56,486 bases of DNA from Candidatus Microgenomates bacterium (GTDB taxonomy: Bacteria; Patescibacteriota; Microgenomatia; Daviesbacterales; UBA10151), in NCBI GenBank assembly GCA_016182045.1, contig JACOYE010000012.1:1-56486 (forward strand), read 5' to 3'. The notes beneath the pieces were generated by a model, which saw only the letters and a program-made list of their open reading frames with translations, was not told the DNA's origin and made no database searches. The position numbers and the translations under genes were made by a program. Shown here piece after piece: positions 45,461 to 56,486 of the stretch; positions within the stretch are counted from its first letter, which is position 1; every line of letters starts with the position of its first letter.

Positions 45461-46740
45461 TCCGTATCTCCAGCACTCATAAAGAAAACTATATCTCCAT
45501 CTTTAATTTCCGGTTTTAGTTTATCTAAAGTTTGGTTTGTGTTTCCTATGTAAATGACGGATTCCTTATTGATTGCCTTCACCAGTTGTTTGCTTGTAAT
45601 TAGTCCAGTATCCATTTCTCTTGATGGATAAATGTCCATCACAAAAGTTTTATCTAATGGAAGATTTTTGAAAACTTGGACAAAATCATTAAATAAAGCT
45701 TTGGTTCTACTAAACATGTGGGGTTGATAAATTAAAATAATTCTTTGGTTGGGAAATTTTTGTCTGGCTGCTTCCATAGTGACTTTAATTTCTGTTGGAT
45801 GATGGCCAAAATCGCTATAAATTTCTGCACCTTTAAATTTACCAATATACTCAAACCTTCTTCCTACTCCAGTGTAATTGGATAAACTTTTTTGGATAAT
45901 CTGTGGGTTAAGTCTCAAGATCAGCCCCACTTGATATGCAGCGGAAGCATTCCATTTGTTAAATTCCCCAGGAATTTGTAAAGAAAAATCTATAAGATAT
46001 TTAGAATAATCTATAATCGAATGCACAGACCTGGTCTGTACATTCGAAGTTTGTTTTACTACAGGATCTGAGAGATTAGCAATGATTGTCCCTTTTGTTT
46101 GTAGTAAAAACTTTTGGAAGCTACTTTTTACTGCCTCAAGATTTTTAAAATACTCAGGATGATCCATTTCTATATTGGTGACAACAGAAATATCTGGGGT
46201 AATTGCTAAAAAGTTATCATTAAACTCATCTGCCTCAATGACAAAGTAGTTCCGATCGGAAGTAGTTTGTTCTGAAAGGCGGTAGTTTGTGCCCCACTTA
46301 GGATTAATTGCCCCCAGCAAAACTGTGGGATCTAAATTAGCATCCTCCAAAAGCTGGCCAATCATGGCAGTGGTGGTGGTTTTGCCGTGAGTACCTGCAA
46401 CAGCAATAACAAACTTATCTTTGGTCAAATACTCCCCCACAAACTGCTGCCAAGTTAAAACTGGAATATTTTTTTTCTTGGCTTCCACTAATTCTGGATT
46501 ATCCGGATCCAAAGAAAAAATAGCCGGGGTAACTGCCAGGATATCCACGCTGTAACCTTCGAGGTTGCAATCTAGATGTTTAGAGTCGTGGCCTTTGGAT
46601 AGTTGGGATTTTTTAAAATGGGTAGTAAATTCATTATGCGGTTCAAGATCACAACCAGTTATTTCAAAACCTTGGGCTTGGGCAATAGCAGCTGCAGCCG
46701 ATGCCCCACTCCCACCTATTCCTAAAAAATGAACTTTCAT
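45424..46740 (-). CDS. murC: UDP-MurNAc--L-alanine ligase
   Basis: GIGGSG, AGTHGKTTT, EADE, GVGRRFE, DFGHHPTE, QPH.FSRT. Confidence 0.93.
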   Translation of the reverse strand: MKVHFLGIGGSGASAAAAIAQAQGFEITGCDLEPHNEFTTHFKKSQLSKGHDSKHLDCNLEGYSVDILAVTPAIFSLDPDNPELVEAKKKNIPVLTWQQFVGEYLTKDKFVIAVAGTHGKTTTTAMIGQLLEDANLDPTVLLGAINPKWGTNYRLSEQTTSDRNYFVIEADEFNDNFLAITPDISVVTNIEMDHPEYFKNLEAVKSSFQKFLLQTKGTIIANLSDPVVKQTSNVQTRSVHSIIDYSKYLIDFSLQIPGEFNKWNASAAYQVGLILRLNPQIIQKSLSNYTGVGRRFEYIGKFKGAEIYSDFGHHPTEIKVTMEAARQKFPNQRIILIYQPHMFSRTKALFNDFVQVFKNLPLDKTFVMDIYPSREMDTGLITSKQLVKAINKESVIYIGNTNQTLDKLKPEIKDGDIVFFMSAGDTDYLAKKLTSSLN

Positions 46741-46994
46741 TTATAAACTCCCTGTCTGTGTTCAATTTTAACTACATCTACCCTACTTTCTTTAGCATCG
46801 AATGTATAGACTATTCTATAATCACCTACTCTAATTTTATAATATTCTGATAGTTCACCGTGTAGCTTGGTCCCCACAATTGGGTTTGCCTGGATTTCAT
46901 CCAGCTTGCTAATAAGTCTTTGATGGACTTTTGAAGGAAGTTTAAGAAGCTTTTTTCTGACTGGTTTTTCTACAACAAGAGTTTTAGCGGGCAT
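46737..46994 (-). CDS. RelE/ParE family toxin
   Basis: KL.G....YKIRVGDYRIVY..I.HR..VY. Confidence 0.9.
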   Translation of the reverse strand: MPAKTLVVEKPVRKKLLKLPSKVHQRLISKLDEIQANPIVGTKLHGELSEYYKIRVGDYRIVYTFDAKESRVDVVKIEHRQGVYK

Positions 46995-47268
46995 GCTTTG
47001 AGAGACGTTTCTTTAAGTCTTTTCGAAGATCTTCTAAAGTAACGTATTCGCCTCTGGCAATTTCTTTTTCTGCCTCTCTAATATCGTTCATGGAATTTTC
47101 CAGAGTATATATGGTTTCTTCCAAAGAATCTAAGTAATCAGGAGAAACTAAGGTAGCTTTAACCTTACCCTTTTTGGTTATATCAATTCTGGTATATTGT
47201 TCATCAATAAGATTCACCAGTTTAAGCAAATTTTTTCTGGCCTCTGTTACAGGAATAACTTGTGTCAT
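46984..47268 (-). CDS. Phd/YefM family antitoxin
   Basis: VTEARKNL..L, ITKKGK..A.LVS..Y.SLEET; start at ATG 47268. Confidence 0.9.
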   Translation of the reverse strand: MTQVIPVTEARKNLLKLVNLIDEQYTRIDITKKGKVKATLVSPDYLDSLEETIYTLENSMNDIREAEKEIARGEYVTLEDLRKDLKKRLSKHAR

Positions 47269-47275
47269 GATAAAG

Positions 47276-47289
47276 TAAGTGTACACTTA
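47276..47289. promoter_or_regulatory. TA operator palindrome
   Basis: TAAGTGT|ACACTTA, 7 nt upstream of the antitoxin ATG. Confidence 0.6.
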
Positions 47290-47375
47290 AGTGAGCATTT
47301 CGTCAATACCTCAATTTTATTCAGGGACAAAAATATCACGGTCGTGAAGTTATGGAAAGGACAGAAGTGAACTTT

Positions 47376-47849
47376 TTACTCTGACCCACCCTTATTTACC
47401 TGCCTTTGTATAAATCTCTCTGCTATTTTTCTTCCACCATAATTAAACAGTAGAAATAATCCAGCACCTGCAATACCAGCAGGAATGTCATTTATGTCAG
47501 GTTTTCCCATAAAGTCAAGGTGAAGTGGAATACCAATCTCTGCGACCATCACACTTCCAGCCCCAGCAAAAAAGCCGATGCCCGCTCTAATACGTTCAGA
47601 AAGTCTTGGAGCTATTAATCCGAGGCCAAAGTAAATAAGGTATGAGTTCATGTACCCATTGAAAAGATCTCCAGTATTGCTGAGAAGCTTATATGATAAT
47701 GAATCTGGATGTAGGGGCCCTTGAGCATCAACGAGAGCTTTTCTATAAGAGATTCTCCATGAATCATAACCGAACATTAGCCCTGCGCCAAATCCCCTTG
47801 AAACAAATCTTACAATACTTTCAGAAAAGAAAGAGGATCTCTCACGCAT
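47376..47849 (-). CDS. hypothetical membrane protein
   Basis: 157 aa with several hydrophobic segments. Confidence 0.65.
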   Translation of the reverse strand: MRERSSFFSESIVRFVSRGFGAGLMFGYDSWRISYRKALVDAQGPLHPDSLSYKLLSNTGDLFNGYMNSYLIYFGLGLIAPRLSERIRAGIGFFAGAGSVMVAEIGIPLHLDFMGKPDINDIPAGIAGAGLFLLFNYGGRKIAERFIQRQVNKGGSE

Positions 47850-47899
47850 GTTGTCCTATATTATATTGTTCTAGTAAACATAAAAAAGTCTTTTAGAAA

Positions 47900-49852
<1,953 letters not shown>

Positions 49853-49860
49853 TTATTTTA

Positions 49861-50529
49861 TCATAATTTTGCGGGCATCACCAGCATCAAATATTCCAAA
49901 ATAGCCCTGATATTAACATTCTGTTTAGCCCATTCTTCAGCCTGTAAAACTTCTTTTACAAAGTCCATATAATCTGTATTCCCACTCGTCAAGTGGGAAC
50001 TCAAGTTTTGGTGGAAATATTCAATTAAAGAATGAAAAAACTCCTCTCGTTCCGTGAGCTTTTCAATATATTCAAATCTTTCTTGGATATCTGATTTCAG
50101 TAATTTTTCCAGATCCTGGGAAAAGTTTTTTTCCTGTCTGCTATCCGCTGTTTCCTGTATCCTTACAACCTGGCATCTGGAAAGAATTGTGGGTAAAAAC
50201 TTATTATCTGATGGAGCACCTAAGATCAATAAGGCCTCATGAGGCGGTTCTTCAAGAATTTTTAATAAAGCATTTTGGGCTTCTGGGGTCAATGAGGAGG
50301 CATCTTCCAGCACTACTCCTCTACCTCTGGCAGAATAGGGTTTTAAAGAAAAATGCTCCTTGATCTTTCTGGCCTGCTCAATGCCTAATTTGGAATCTGA
50401 TGGGAAATATAGTATATCTGGATGATTTTTGATATTTGAATTCCCACCTGGAATGTGGGAAGCTAAAATTTTTCCTATTTCTTTAACTCTTTCCTCTAAA
50501 GATGGTGAAATTAAAAGTTTGGCAATCAC
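49861..50529 (-). CDS. holB: DNA polymerase III delta-prime-like subunit (reduced)
   Basis: HPD, GIEQ.R, LT.EAQNALLK.LEEPP, LPTILSRC. Confidence 0.85.
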   Translation of the reverse strand: MIAKLLISPSLEERVKEIGKILASHIPGGNSNIKNHPDILYFPSDSKLGIEQARKIKEHFSLKPYSARGRGVVLEDASSLTPEAQNALLKILEEPPHEALLILGAPSDNKFLPTILSRCQVVRIQETADSRQEKNFSQDLEKLLKSDIQERFEYIEKLTEREEFFHSLIEYFHQNLSSHLTSGNTDYMDFVKEVLQAEEWAKQNVNIRAILEYLMLVMPAKL

Positions 50530-50584
50530 CAGGCTTTTTTATCACATTGACACTTATGATTCAATCTGTCCATAATAATGGTAT

Positions 50585-52309
50585 ATGCTCCAAAATACTG
50601 CCCAAAATGCACAAGAGAATGCTTTGGAAGATATTCTTTTTAGACAAGGTTTACTTTCCTCTGATCAGCTCTCGGCGGTTAAACTTGAGAGTATCAACTC
50701 CGGACAACCGGTGGAGAAGATCATTGTCCAACATAGTTTAGTCCCGCTTGATAAGTTGACACAAGCCAAAGCTCAAATTCTTAACATGCCTTTTGTCAAA
50801 TTGGAAGGTAAGGCCATTCCTGTTGATGTTTTAAACTTAATTCCCGAAGCTGCAGCCCGCCGTTATGTCATTATCCCCTTTGAGAAGCGCTCAGATGAAC
50901 TGTGGGTGGCCATGGCAGATCCTTTGGATATCCAAATTATTCAATTTACGGAAAAAAGGTCAGGAAAAAGAGTTAAACCCTTTTTGGCTTTAGCAGCAGA
51001 TATATTAAAAGCGATCAATGACCAATATTCTCAAAATTTAACCTCAGAGGTAACCTCTGCTTTAAAAGAGGTGGCTTCGGTCAGACCTCAAGAAATCACT
51101 GCGGAGGGTCCTGAAATATTACATGAAGCGCCTGTTTCCAATATTATTAATCAACTTTTAGAATATGCTCTCAAGACCCGGGCTTCGGATATTCATATAG
51201 AACCTCAAGAGGATCGTACCAGGGTCAGATACAGAATTGATGGAATTCTGCAGGAGAAAATCCTTCTTCCTCGGGGGGTCCATGATGCTTTGATTTCCAG
51301 AGTTAAAATTTTGGCAGTTTTGAAAATTGATGAAAAAAGACTTCCTCAAGATGGGCGTTTTACCTTTACTTATGGCACCAATGTGGTGGATTTGAGAATT
51401 TCCACCATGCCGACAGTTTTCGGTGAAAAAGTGGTCATGAGGCTTTTGCCGAAAACTCAAGGTGCTCCCACTCTTTTGGAACTGGGCTTAAGAGGGGTAT
51501 CGCTTAAAAGTTTAGACAGTCAACTTTTAAGGACTCACGGTATAATTTTGATTTGCGGTCCCACCGGATCAGGTAAAACCACCACTCTTTATTCAATTTT
51601 ATCTAAGATTTCCACCACCAAAGTTAATGTGTTGACCATAGAAGATCCGGTGGAATATCAAATCCCCGGAGTTAATCAGGTTCAGGTTAACCCTCAGGTG
51701 GGCTTAACATTTGCCTCGGCTTTAAGAAGTTTCTTAAGACAGGATCCCAATATCATCATGGTGGGTGAGATTAGGGATACCGAGACAGCAGAATTGGCAA
51801 TTCAGGCAGCCCTAACCGGCCACCAGGTATTCTCCACCGTTCATACCAATTCGGCAGCGGGGGCTCCTCCCAGACTTTTAGATATGGGGGTGGAGCCGTT
51901 TCTTTTGACTTCGGCCTTAAATGCCGTGGTCGGGCAAAGGGTGGTCAGAAAGATATGCCCTCACTGCAAAGTGGAATTTAATCCTCCCATTGAGGTGTTG
52001 GAAAATATCAAGGCAGTTTTGGGCAAGCTACTGCCGGCAGCTATTGCCAAAGACGGTAGTTTGAGATTATACAAGGGAGCAGGCTGTAACTTTTGCGCCC
52101 ACACCGGCTATTTGGGAAGAATTGGTATTTTTGAGTCTATGGTGGTAACTGATGCAATTGCCAAACTGGTATTGGAGAGAGCATCCTCCGCCACTTTGGA
52201 GAGGATGGCAATCTCAGAAGGAATGATCACCATGAAACAGGATGGATATTTAAAAGTACTTGAAGGCATAACAACGCTGGAGGAGGTGCTAAGAGTAGCA
52301 CAAGATTAG
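50585..52309 (+). CDS. pilB: type IV pilus assembly ATPase (GspE/PilB)
   Basis: ASDIHIEP, PQDGR, GPTGSGKTTT, EDPVE, RQDPN, two CxxC. Confidence 0.95.
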   Translation: MLQNTAQNAQENALEDILFRQGLLSSDQLSAVKLESINSGQPVEKIIVQHSLVPLDKLTQAKAQILNMPFVKLEGKAIPVDVLNLIPEAAARRYVIIPFEKRSDELWVAMADPLDIQIIQFTEKRSGKRVKPFLALAADILKAINDQYSQNLTSEVTSALKEVASVRPQEITAEGPEILHEAPVSNIINQLLEYALKTRASDIHIEPQEDRTRVRYRIDGILQEKILLPRGVHDALISRVKILAVLKIDEKRLPQDGRFTFTYGTNVVDLRISTMPTVFGEKVVMRLLPKTQGAPTLLELGLRGVSLKSLDSQLLRTHGIILICGPTGSGKTTTLYSILSKISTTKVNVLTIEDPVEYQIPGVNQVQVNPQVGLTFASALRSFLRQDPNIIMVGEIRDTETAELAIQAALTGHQVFSTVHTNSAAGAPPRLLDMGVEPFLLTSALNAVVGQRVVRKICPHCKVEFNPPIEVLENIKAVLGKLLPAAIAKDGSLRLYKGAGCNFCAHTGYLGRIGIFESMVVTDAIAKLVLERASSATLERMAISEGMITMKQDGYLKVLEGITTLEEVLRVAQD

Positions 52310-52310
52310 A

Positions 52311-53363
52311 ATGAATATTCAACAGCTTTTAGACTTAACCATTACCAATAATGCTTCTGATTTACATCTTTCGGTTGACTTTCCGCCTTCCTTAAGAATT
52401 AATGGTGAACTGCTGCCCATTCCCGGCACAGAACCTGTCAGCGGGGAACAAATTGAGGTTTTAGTTGACCCACTTTTATCACCTGACCAAAAGAAAATCT
52501 TTTTGGAGACTCTGGAATTGGATTTCTCTTTTGAATTTCAAAAAAAGGGTAGGTTTAGGGTCAACATATATAAACAAAGAGGTAATACGGCAGCTGCCTT
52601 GCGTTTAATTCCATACCTCATTCCCCCGGTGGAAGAATTGGGACTTCCTCAGGCATTGAATAAGATTCCGGATTTAAAACAGGGTTTCATTTTGGTAGCC
52701 GGTCCAACAGGTCACGGTAAATCCACCACTTTGGCCTCATTTATAAACCGGATCAATCAAAGCAGAGCCGCTCATATTATCACCATCGAGGATCCGATCG
52801 AGTATGTCTATCCTGCCGGTAAATCACTGATAGATCAAAGAGAAATGTATCGGGATACCAAATCTTGGAATAATGCCCTGCGTGCTGCCTTAAGGGAGGA
52901 TCCGGATGTGGTTTTAATTGGTGAGATGAGGGATTTGGAGACTATCTCCTCAGCCCTGACTATTGCGGAGACCGGACACCTGGTGTTTGCCACCCTGCAC
53001 ACCAATTCTGCCGCCCAATCTATTGATCGTATTGTTGATGTTTTTCCCCAGAATCAGCAACCGCAGATCAAGCTGCAACTGGCCGCCACTTTGGAAGCAA
53101 TCATATCTCTGCGGTTAATTCCCACCATTGAACCGGGCCGAGTTTTAGGATCGGAAATATTGTTTGCCACACCTGCAGTCAGAAATGTCATCAGAGAAGG
53201 GAAAACTTATCTGATAGATAATCTAATTGAAACATCGGCAGAAATGGGGATGCAGATTTTAGAAAGATCACTTACCAGTTTGGTAAAAGATGGCAAGATT
53301 TCCGAGGAGACAGCCTTAAGGTTTGCCTTAAGGCCGGAGTTATTAAGCAAGCTGTTAAGATAA
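52311..53363 (+). CDS. pilT: type IV pilus retraction ATPase
   Basis: ASDLH, GPTGHGKSTT, REDPD, AETGH, AVRNVIRE. Confidence 0.95.
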   Translation: MNIQQLLDLTITNNASDLHLSVDFPPSLRINGELLPIPGTEPVSGEQIEVLVDPLLSPDQKKIFLETLELDFSFEFQKKGRFRVNIYKQRGNTAAALRLIPYLIPPVEELGLPQALNKIPDLKQGFILVAGPTGHGKSTTLASFINRINQSRAAHIITIEDPIEYVYPAGKSLIDQREMYRDTKSWNNALRAALREDPDVVLIGEMRDLETISSALTIAETGHLVFATLHTNSAAQSIDRIVDVFPQNQQPQIKLQLAATLEAIISLRLIPTIEPGRVLGSEILFATPAVRNVIREGKTYLIDNLIETSAEMGMQILERSLTSLVKDGKISEETALRFALRPELLSKLLR

Positions 53364-53375
53364 TACCCTTAAACT

Positions 53376-54578
53376 ATGGCTGAATTTTCATACATTGCAA
53401 AGGATATAAACGGAGTTGATCACGAGGGGCAAATCCAGTCTTCGGACATTCATTCGGCTGCTGCCATCTTACGCAAGAAAGGTTTAATTGTCATTTCCGT
53501 AAAATCCAAAGGTTCTCCTGCCATTGGTTTTTTGGATCGTTTTTTACACAGAGTTAGTTTCTCGGAACTGGTGATGGTTACCAGGCAGCTGGCCACCATG
53601 ATTTCAGCAGGCCTGGTTTTATCAGAAGCGATAGACATTTTGGAAGAGCAACAGACCAATAAAACTTTTAAAAAAGCCTTGGGTGAGATATCTCAAGATA
53701 TTAAAGGCGGATTTAGCTTGGCTCAATCACTTGGTAAGCACCCCCGTATTTTCCCCCACTTGTATGTAAATTTGGTAAAAAGCGGTGAGGCCTCGGGAAA
53801 ACTTGATCAGGTTCTTTCCCAGATGGCGGACACTCTGGAAAAAGAAAGGGAATTTAGGGCTAGGGTCAAGGGGGCCATGATTTATCCGGTGGTGGTCTTA
53901 TCAATGATGGTGGTGGTTATGGTCATCATGATGGTATTTGTCATTCCCAAACTGGTTGCCCTCTTTCAACAGGCCACCATCGAACTGCCACTGCCCACCA
54001 AAATACTGATAGGGACGTCTAATTTGTTTGTCAACTATTGGTGGGCGGTAATTCTGATCACTATAGGATTTGTGCTGGCAATCAGGAGATGGAGCAAGAC
54101 ACCGGAGGGGCATTTATTTTTGGGTAATTTAATACTTAAAACCCCGATTTTGGGAAAGGTTGTCGTCAATGTGACTTTGACAAATTTCAATCGCACCTTT
54201 GGACTTTTGACTTCGGCAGGAATACCTCTTTTAGATTCAATCGGAATTGTTTCTGACCTGACTGATAATCCTGTTTTTAAAAAAGCTTTAAAGGATGCTT
54301 ATTCCGGGGTGGAAAAAGGACTGCCATTTTCAGCTTTGCTGACGGCCCGTATTTTCCCCAGAATTGTCGGACAAATGGTTAAGGTTGGCGAGGAAACAGG
54401 CAAAGTTGATGAGATATTTCTTAAATTGGCGGATTATTTTGAATCCGAGTCCGATCATTTGGTCAAGAATTTAACCGTAGTAATAGAGCCGGTGGTATTG
54501 ATAATTTTGGGTATAGGGGTGGCATTTTTGGTGATATCGATTATTTTGCCGATATACAAATTAACAACGTCTTTTTAA
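53376..54578 (+). CDS. pilC: type IV pilus platform protein (GspF/PilC)
   Basis: RQLATMI.AG, GEASG.L, AMIYP, GEETG, IEP. Confidence 0.95.
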   Translation: MAEFSYIAKDINGVDHEGQIQSSDIHSAAAILRKKGLIVISVKSKGSPAIGFLDRFLHRVSFSELVMVTRQLATMISAGLVLSEAIDILEEQQTNKTFKKALGEISQDIKGGFSLAQSLGKHPRIFPHLYVNLVKSGEASGKLDQVLSQMADTLEKEREFRARVKGAMIYPVVVLSMMVVVMVIMMVFVIPKLVALFQQATIELPLPTKILIGTSNLFVNYWWAVILITIGFVLAIRRWSKTPEGHLFLGNLILKTPILGKVVVNVTLTNFNRTFGLLTSAGIPLLDSIGIVSDLTDNPVFKKALKDAYSGVEKGLPFSALLTARIFPRIVGQMVKVGEETGKVDEIFLKLADYFESESDHLVKNLTVVIEPVVLIILGIGVAFLVISIILPIYKLTTSF

Positions 54579-54616
54579 TTAATTTTCAAGTAACAATTTT
54601 CAATTTATAATCGCTA

Positions 54617-54692
54617 GCAGAAAACCCCGCCATCTTATGGCGGGGATGAATGCCTGAAGCGATTACAGTCTTCCGCGGGTTGGTGGTATACT
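54617..54692 (+). mobile_element. IS200/IS605-family-like left-end remnant with promoter
   Basis: GCAGAAAA-CCCCGCCAT-CTT-ATGGCGGGG-ATGAATGC subterminal hairpin, then extended -10 TGGTATACT; no transposase follows. Confidence 0.6.
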
Positions 54693-54704
54693 GAGGTTGG
54701 GTTA

Positions 54705-55256
54705 GGTTTTACCTTGGTAGAACTTTTGGTAGTTATTGCAATTATTGCCATTTTGGCAGCGGTAGTGGTACTTATTATAAATCCACTTGAGTTAACCAGA
54801 AGAACCCGTGATTCAGCCAGACTTTCAGATTTAGCCAGTTTGCAACAGGCCATTAACGTGGCTGTTCAAGAGGCAACCGATACCGGAGAAGCCATTCTTT
54901 GTACCGGTGGTTCTTATCCTTGTGGTGGTTCTACGGGCGCTGGAAGAAGTGGAGGTAGCGGCGCAGGAACCAGAAATTCAAATGGTACCGGTTGGGTGAA
55001 GGTTAATTTGAGTTCCCAACAAAGCGTATCCGTGCCAACTTTACCGGTTGACCCGCTTAATAATGACACCTATCATTACACCTATTGTGCTGATAATGAT
55101 GCCTGGGAAATTAATGCTGTTTTAGAATCAGTTAAAGAAATAGGTAGGATGGCCAACGATGGCGGTGATGAGAATGCTCAAGATACAACTGGACGATATG
55201 AAGTGGGGTCTAATCTGACTCTAATTACTTCAGGTGGTACGCCTTGTGCATACTAA
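54705..55256 (+). pseudogene. type IV pilin, likely the major pilin, lacking start codon and leader
   Basis: G|FTLVELLVVIAIIAILAA begins at 54705; no in-frame ATG/GTG/TTG between TAG 54615 and the Gly. Confidence 0.7.
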
Positions 55257-55262
55257 TTTGGC

Positions 55263-56177
55263 ATGGTCATTACGGGATTTATATTGGGAACTATCTTAGG
55301 TAGTTTTGTCAAGGCCCTGGCCGATCGGAGTTTAAGAAACGGCACATTTTGGGGAAGGTCGTATTGCCCACACTGTAAAAAGATTTTGCAGTGGTACGAC
55401 CTTCTTCCTATTCTGTCTTATATTTTCCTCAAAGGTAGGTGTAGATATTGTGGAGATAAAATTGGCATGGAGTATTTGGTGGTGGAAGTGGGGATGGGAG
55501 TTTTGATAGGATTTCTATTTTGGCAACAGTTTAATAATTTTCAATCCTTCGACTTCGCTCAGGACAAGTTTTCAATTTTTAATTTTCAATCTTCAATTTT
55601 TATTTTAGATTTACTGTACAAGATCTTCTTTATTAGTACTCTGGCTGTTTTATTTTTAACTGATCTGAAAAAGATGTTTATTCCGGACAGAATTACTCTG
55701 CCGGCAATTGGGATTAGTATAACTTTTATAATCGTTATAACAGTTATAAAAATTATCTATCTTTATAACTACCTTTCCCAAACTGTTTTGGGTCGCTTGC
55801 TTCTTCCTCCACACAGTGATTATTTCTTAAGGCATGCCTATTACGCTGCACAGCCTTTTTTAGGATCTTTGCTGATGGGTCTTTTAATAGGAGGATTTTT
55901 TATGACCCTTATTATCATTACTAAAGGTAAAGGCATGGGAGGGGGGGATGTTAAGCTGGGAGCCTTAATGGGTTTGGGTTTGGGTTTCCCCAATGCATTA
56001 GTTGCCACCATGCTGGCATTTTTATTGGGAGCAGGAGTGGCAATAGTCCTAATGGTGGCGGGTAAAAAAAGATTTGGTCAGTCCATTCCCTTTGGACCGT
56101 TTTTGGTTTTGGGAAGCTTAATTGCCCTATTTTGGGGAGAAAGGATAATTAATTGGTATCTTTATTTATCAATGTAG
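55263..56177 (+). CDS. pilD: prepilin peptidase
   Basis: GSF, RSYCPHC, P..SY..L.GRCRYC, TDL, GMGGGDVKL, IPFGPFL. Confidence 0.95.
   Translation: MVITGFILGTILGSFVKALADRSLRNGTFWGRSYCPHCKKILQWYDLLPILSYIFLKGRCRYCGDKIGMEYLVVEVGMGVLIGFLFWQQFNNFQSFDFAQDKFSIFNFQSSIFILDLLYKIFFISTLAVLFLTDLKKMFIPDRITLPAIGISITFIIVITVIKIIYLYNYLSQTVLGRLLLPPHSDYFLRHAYYAAQPFLGSLLMGLLIGGFFMTLIIITKGKGMGGGDVKLGALMGLGLGFPNALVATMLAFLLGAGVAIVLMVAGKKRFGQSIPFGPFLVLGSLIALFWGERIINWYLYLSM
55545..55568 (-). repeat. 24-nt micro-insertion CTTG-TCC-TGAGCGAAGTCGAA-GGA within a TTTTCAA 7-mer array in pilD
   Basis: Encodes SFDFAQDK; removal restores TTTTCAA-TTTTCAA-TTTTTAA-TTTTCAA-TCTTCAA. Confidence 0.9.
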
Positions 56178-56252
56178 CTTTAAACTGACTCTTCAAACTG
56201 ACTCTTGACAGGGAGCTTTTATTGTATCAATAATAGAATTAGCTAAGAAAAT

Positions 56253-56486
56253 ATGAAAAAATTCCTGCCCATTAAATCTTCCGGTTTCACCCTTATTGAG
56301 CTTCTGGTTGTAGTTGCCATTCTGGCAGTATTGGCTGTTATGGGTTTTGCAGCCTTTGGTGGATTAACCGGCAGAGGTAATGATGATAGAAGATCAGTTG
56401 ACATGAAGGCTTTTGCTGATGCCATGGAGGTAAAAAGAGCTAATAATGCAGTTTATGTTGCTATTTCAGCCACGGATTTTGCCACC
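56253..56486 (+). CDS. type IV pilin (3' partial)
   Basis: MKKFLPIKSSG|FTLIELLVVVAILAVLA; not in the ORF track because it runs off the window. Confidence 0.9.
   Translation, partial: MKKFLPIKSSGFTLIELLVVVAILAVLAVMGFAAFGGLTGRGNDDRRSVDMKAFADAMEVKRANNAVYVAISATDFAT

Overview
About 56.5 kb of AT-rich, gene-dense bacterial chromosome using the standard genetic code. Gene content and style suggest Patescibacteria/CPR, probably Microgenomates (inference, not a database result). It carries core genes (hisS, dnaB, tRNA-Leu(CAA), pepN, efp, galU, yebC-ruvC, xerC/D-like, gyrA, gyrB, def), a peptidoglycan cluster (ddl, alr, murL-murD2, murC), a type IV pilus operon, a dockerin/cohesin surface cluster, a YrdC-like enzyme coupled to a GAF histidine kinase, a Phd-RelE module and several decayed genes. 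The most striking signal is below gene scale. About a dozen 12-42 nt hairpin micro-insertions, mostly starting with a YYYR tetranucleotide foot and all a multiple of 3 long, sit in-frame in hisS, efp, rluD, yebC, gyrA, pilD and others. One 24-nt family has six copies with covarying stems, and one copy is nested exactly inside another. Two further classes of short repeat also occur inside coding sequence: operator-like palindromes and inverted 7-mer arrays. No transposase, reverse transcriptase or CRISPR array is present in the window.
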